Shown here piece after piece: positions 62,232 through 64,000 of a DNA stretch of 64,000 nucleotides (position 1 is its first letter; each line of letters opens with the position of its first letter). The translations under genes and the position numbers were made by a program. Origin of the DNA: Promethearchaeota archaeon (GTDB taxonomy: Archaea > Asgardarchaeota > Lokiarchaeia > Sigyniarchaeales > SOKP01). The DNA is taken from assembly GCA_011364925.1 (NCBI GenBank), contig RDOA01000014.1:1-64000 (forward strand), given 5' to 3'. The notes under the pieces were generated by a model that worked only from the letters and a program-made list of their open reading frames with translations, ran no database searches and was not told the DNA's origin.

Positions 62232-62666
62232 ATGCCAATTGTAGAACTAAAAAAAGAGATTCTATCCCCAGTGGAAAAAGTCTACGAGATTTTAAATGAT
62301 TATCTCGCTTTACCCAAATGGAATATCGTAGTAACTGAAATTTCTCAACTCGAACCTAAAAAGTATTTTTTAAAAACTAATGTTGGTGATATAACCAACA
62401 TAGAAGTAGAAAATGTTCCCAATGAAAAAATGACTTCAATTCAAGAGGGAAGTCCTATGCAAAAAATTGGATATATTTTCGAACCTAAAGGTAATACGAC
62501 TGTAGTTACTCTCTGGGCAGAATTTGAGTTAGAAGACCAAAGGAATGTAATGGAAATGGCAGGAGACCTGTTTTTAAAGAGTTTAAAAGTTTACTCTGAT
62601 TATATAAGTGCTGGAGGCAATCCAGAAGAATATAAAAAATCCTTCGGTAAAATTAATAAAGCATAA
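62232..62666 (+). CDS. SRPBCC/START-fold protein
   Basis: I.SPVEKVYEILND...PKWN pattern; C-terminal helix FLKSLK. Confidence 0.75.
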   Translation: MPIVELKKEILSPVEKVYEILNDYLALPKWNIVVTEISQLEPKKYFLKTNVGDITNIEVENVPNEKMTSIQEGSPMQKIGYIFEPKGNTTVVTLWAEFELEDQRNVMEMAGDLFLKSLKVYSDYISAGGNPEEYKKSFGKINKA

Positions 62667-62767
62667 GTATAGTATTATTATTTTTTTTTATTTCTTGCTT
62701 TTCAACTTCCTCTTGAGAAGATCAATTTTTTTAACCAGCAACTATTTATTAATTTAAAATTTATTAT

Positions 62768-63718
62768 GTGATTTCATTGAGATTAAAAAGGTTAAAGATA
62801 AGAGAAAATGCTATTAAGATCAGTCGTAGAACAATTCAGATTATTGCGTTTTTACTTGTAAATTATATAATTCTTGAGATAATTTTACCTATTAATCTCA
62901 TAGGTTTCGAAGGAATCGTGAAAGTGCTGCCAATATTAAATTCACCACGAAATCCTTTATCTGATGGATCTGGAATTCTGGAATATATTTTCTTTTCCAT
63001 GGCAGAAGGAGTTTTTCCCTTCTTTCTTTTAGCAGTATTAATTATAGTATTGTTACTCACAAATCGAATATTTTGCGGTTGGATTTGTCCGATCGGTTCA
63101 ATCCAAGATTTATGTGCCGCTATCCCAACCAAAAAAAGAAAATTCAAGATATCTACGCATAAAAGTCTTCTTAACATCAAGTATGTTATCATAATTATTA
63201 CTATAATTATTATCTTTCCCTTAGGGATCACAAAGAACGCAAACATATTGTTTTATAACGATTTTAAGGCCCAAATAGGTGCTTTTGCTAATCAACCAAT
63301 AGGATTTTTCTCATTATCAGAATACATTTTTGTGTTTTTCCCTTATGTATTTGAGAATGTTATAATACCAGTACAACTTGGTGCATTGGATTTTGGAGGA
63401 TGGATTATCTTTATTGTTTATATTTTAATCATAATTCTCTCAGTTTTTTACCCACGATTTTATTGTAGATATATCTGCCCTTTTGCTGCTGTGTCTTCTG
63501 CTGTAACAGATTTTTCCTTTTTAAAATTAGCTAGAAATCCCGTAAGATGCGTAGGTCGGTCAGAATGCGGAATTTGTGAAGAAGTTTGTCCTAAACAAAT
63601 ACGAATACTGGAAGAACCATTCGATTTCTTCACTGGACGTGGTGAATGTAATTTTTGTTTGGAATGTAAAGAAAAATGTCCTTACGATGCTATAATAATC
63701 AAATTTGGAAATGTATAA
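62768..63718 (+). CDS. NapH/MauN-type membrane 4Fe-4S ferredoxin protein
   Basis: RIFCGWICPIG, RFYCRYICP, CxxxxxCGICEEVCP and ECNFCLECKEKCP motifs; TM helices. Confidence 0.9.
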   Translation: MISLRLKRLKIRENAIKISRRTIQIIAFLLVNYIILEIILPINLIGFEGIVKVLPILNSPRNPLSDGSGILEYIFFSMAEGVFPFFLLAVLIIVLLLTNRIFCGWICPIGSIQDLCAAIPTKKRKFKISTHKSLLNIKYVIIIITIIIIFPLGITKNANILFYNDFKAQIGAFANQPIGFFSLSEYIFVFFPYVFENVIIPVQLGALDFGGWIIFIVYILIIILSVFYPRFYCRYICPFAAVSSAVTDFSFLKLARNPVRCVGRSECGICEEVCPKQIRILEEPFDFFTGRGECNFCLECKEKCPYDAIIIKFGNV

Positions 63719-63760
63719 AACGTTTCAAATACTTTTATTAATGTAAAAGTGATTAATTGC

Positions 63761-64000
63761 GTGGATCCTAAAAATCTAAAAATTTATACTTTACATATGA
63801 GAAGAGATTCGGATATTGGTGATTTAGCGATATCTGATTCTCAGGCAACAAGGTATTACGAAGAAGACGATGAATCGAACATTGATATTAGACCAGCTTT
63901 TTTCAGAGATGTCGATCGAATTGTGCACAGTAAAGCTTACGCACGATATATCGATAAAACTCAAGTATTTTTCGGAATTAATAATGCAAATATCACACAT
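63761..64000 (+). CDS. dgt: dGTP triphosphohydrolase-like HD protein (5' part; truncated by window edge)
   Basis: Open frame from GTG 63761 encodes RPAFFRDVDRIVHSKAYARYIDKTQVF, the dGTPase N-terminal signature; absent from the ORF track. Confidence 0.85.
   Translation, partial: MDPKNLKIYTLHMRRDSDIGDLAISDSQATRYYEEDDESNIDIRPAFFRDVDRIVHSKAYARYIDKTQVFFGINNANITH

Overview
AT-rich, gene-dense archaeal chromosome segment. It is most consistent with an Asgard archaeon of the Lokiarchaeia: it carries aCPSF1/FttA, a proteasome beta subunit, a stand-alone EF-2 paralog without the diphthamide motif, a stand-alone longin-like protein, a GIFT/IFT52-like protein and four ITPK1-like ATP-grasp proteins. The lineage call is inference from gene content. 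I count about 50 CDSs and two tRNAs: tRNA-Leu(UAA) with two non-canonical BHB introns, and tRNA-Gly(CCC). No CRISPR array, IS element or provirus is visible. Two systems stand out. (1) A ~14 kb inositol neighbourhood (37.8-51.3 kb) has four ITPK1-like kinases around a divergent myo-inositol-1-phosphate synthase, plus a HAD hydrolase, a GH38/57-like protein, a Zn dehydrogenase and an MFS transporter; it is a candidate lipid-independent inositol-polyphosphate pathway. (2) An ~18.5 kb glycan-utilisation island (14.6-33.1 kb) carries a bacterial-type phosphorylative L-rhamnose pathway (RhaA, RhaB, class II aldolase). A tungsten aldehyde:ferredoxin oxidoreductase lies inside that operon and may oxidise lactaldehyde. 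Other notable signals are apparent ATA/ATT start codons, an unexplained 102-nt element closed by a perfect 12-bp stem between purN and the EF-2 paralog, a DUF1015/SerA/aminotransferase cluster, an HhH-SlyD fusion and an orphan LuxE. All protein calls come from motif recognition by eye; no database searches were run.
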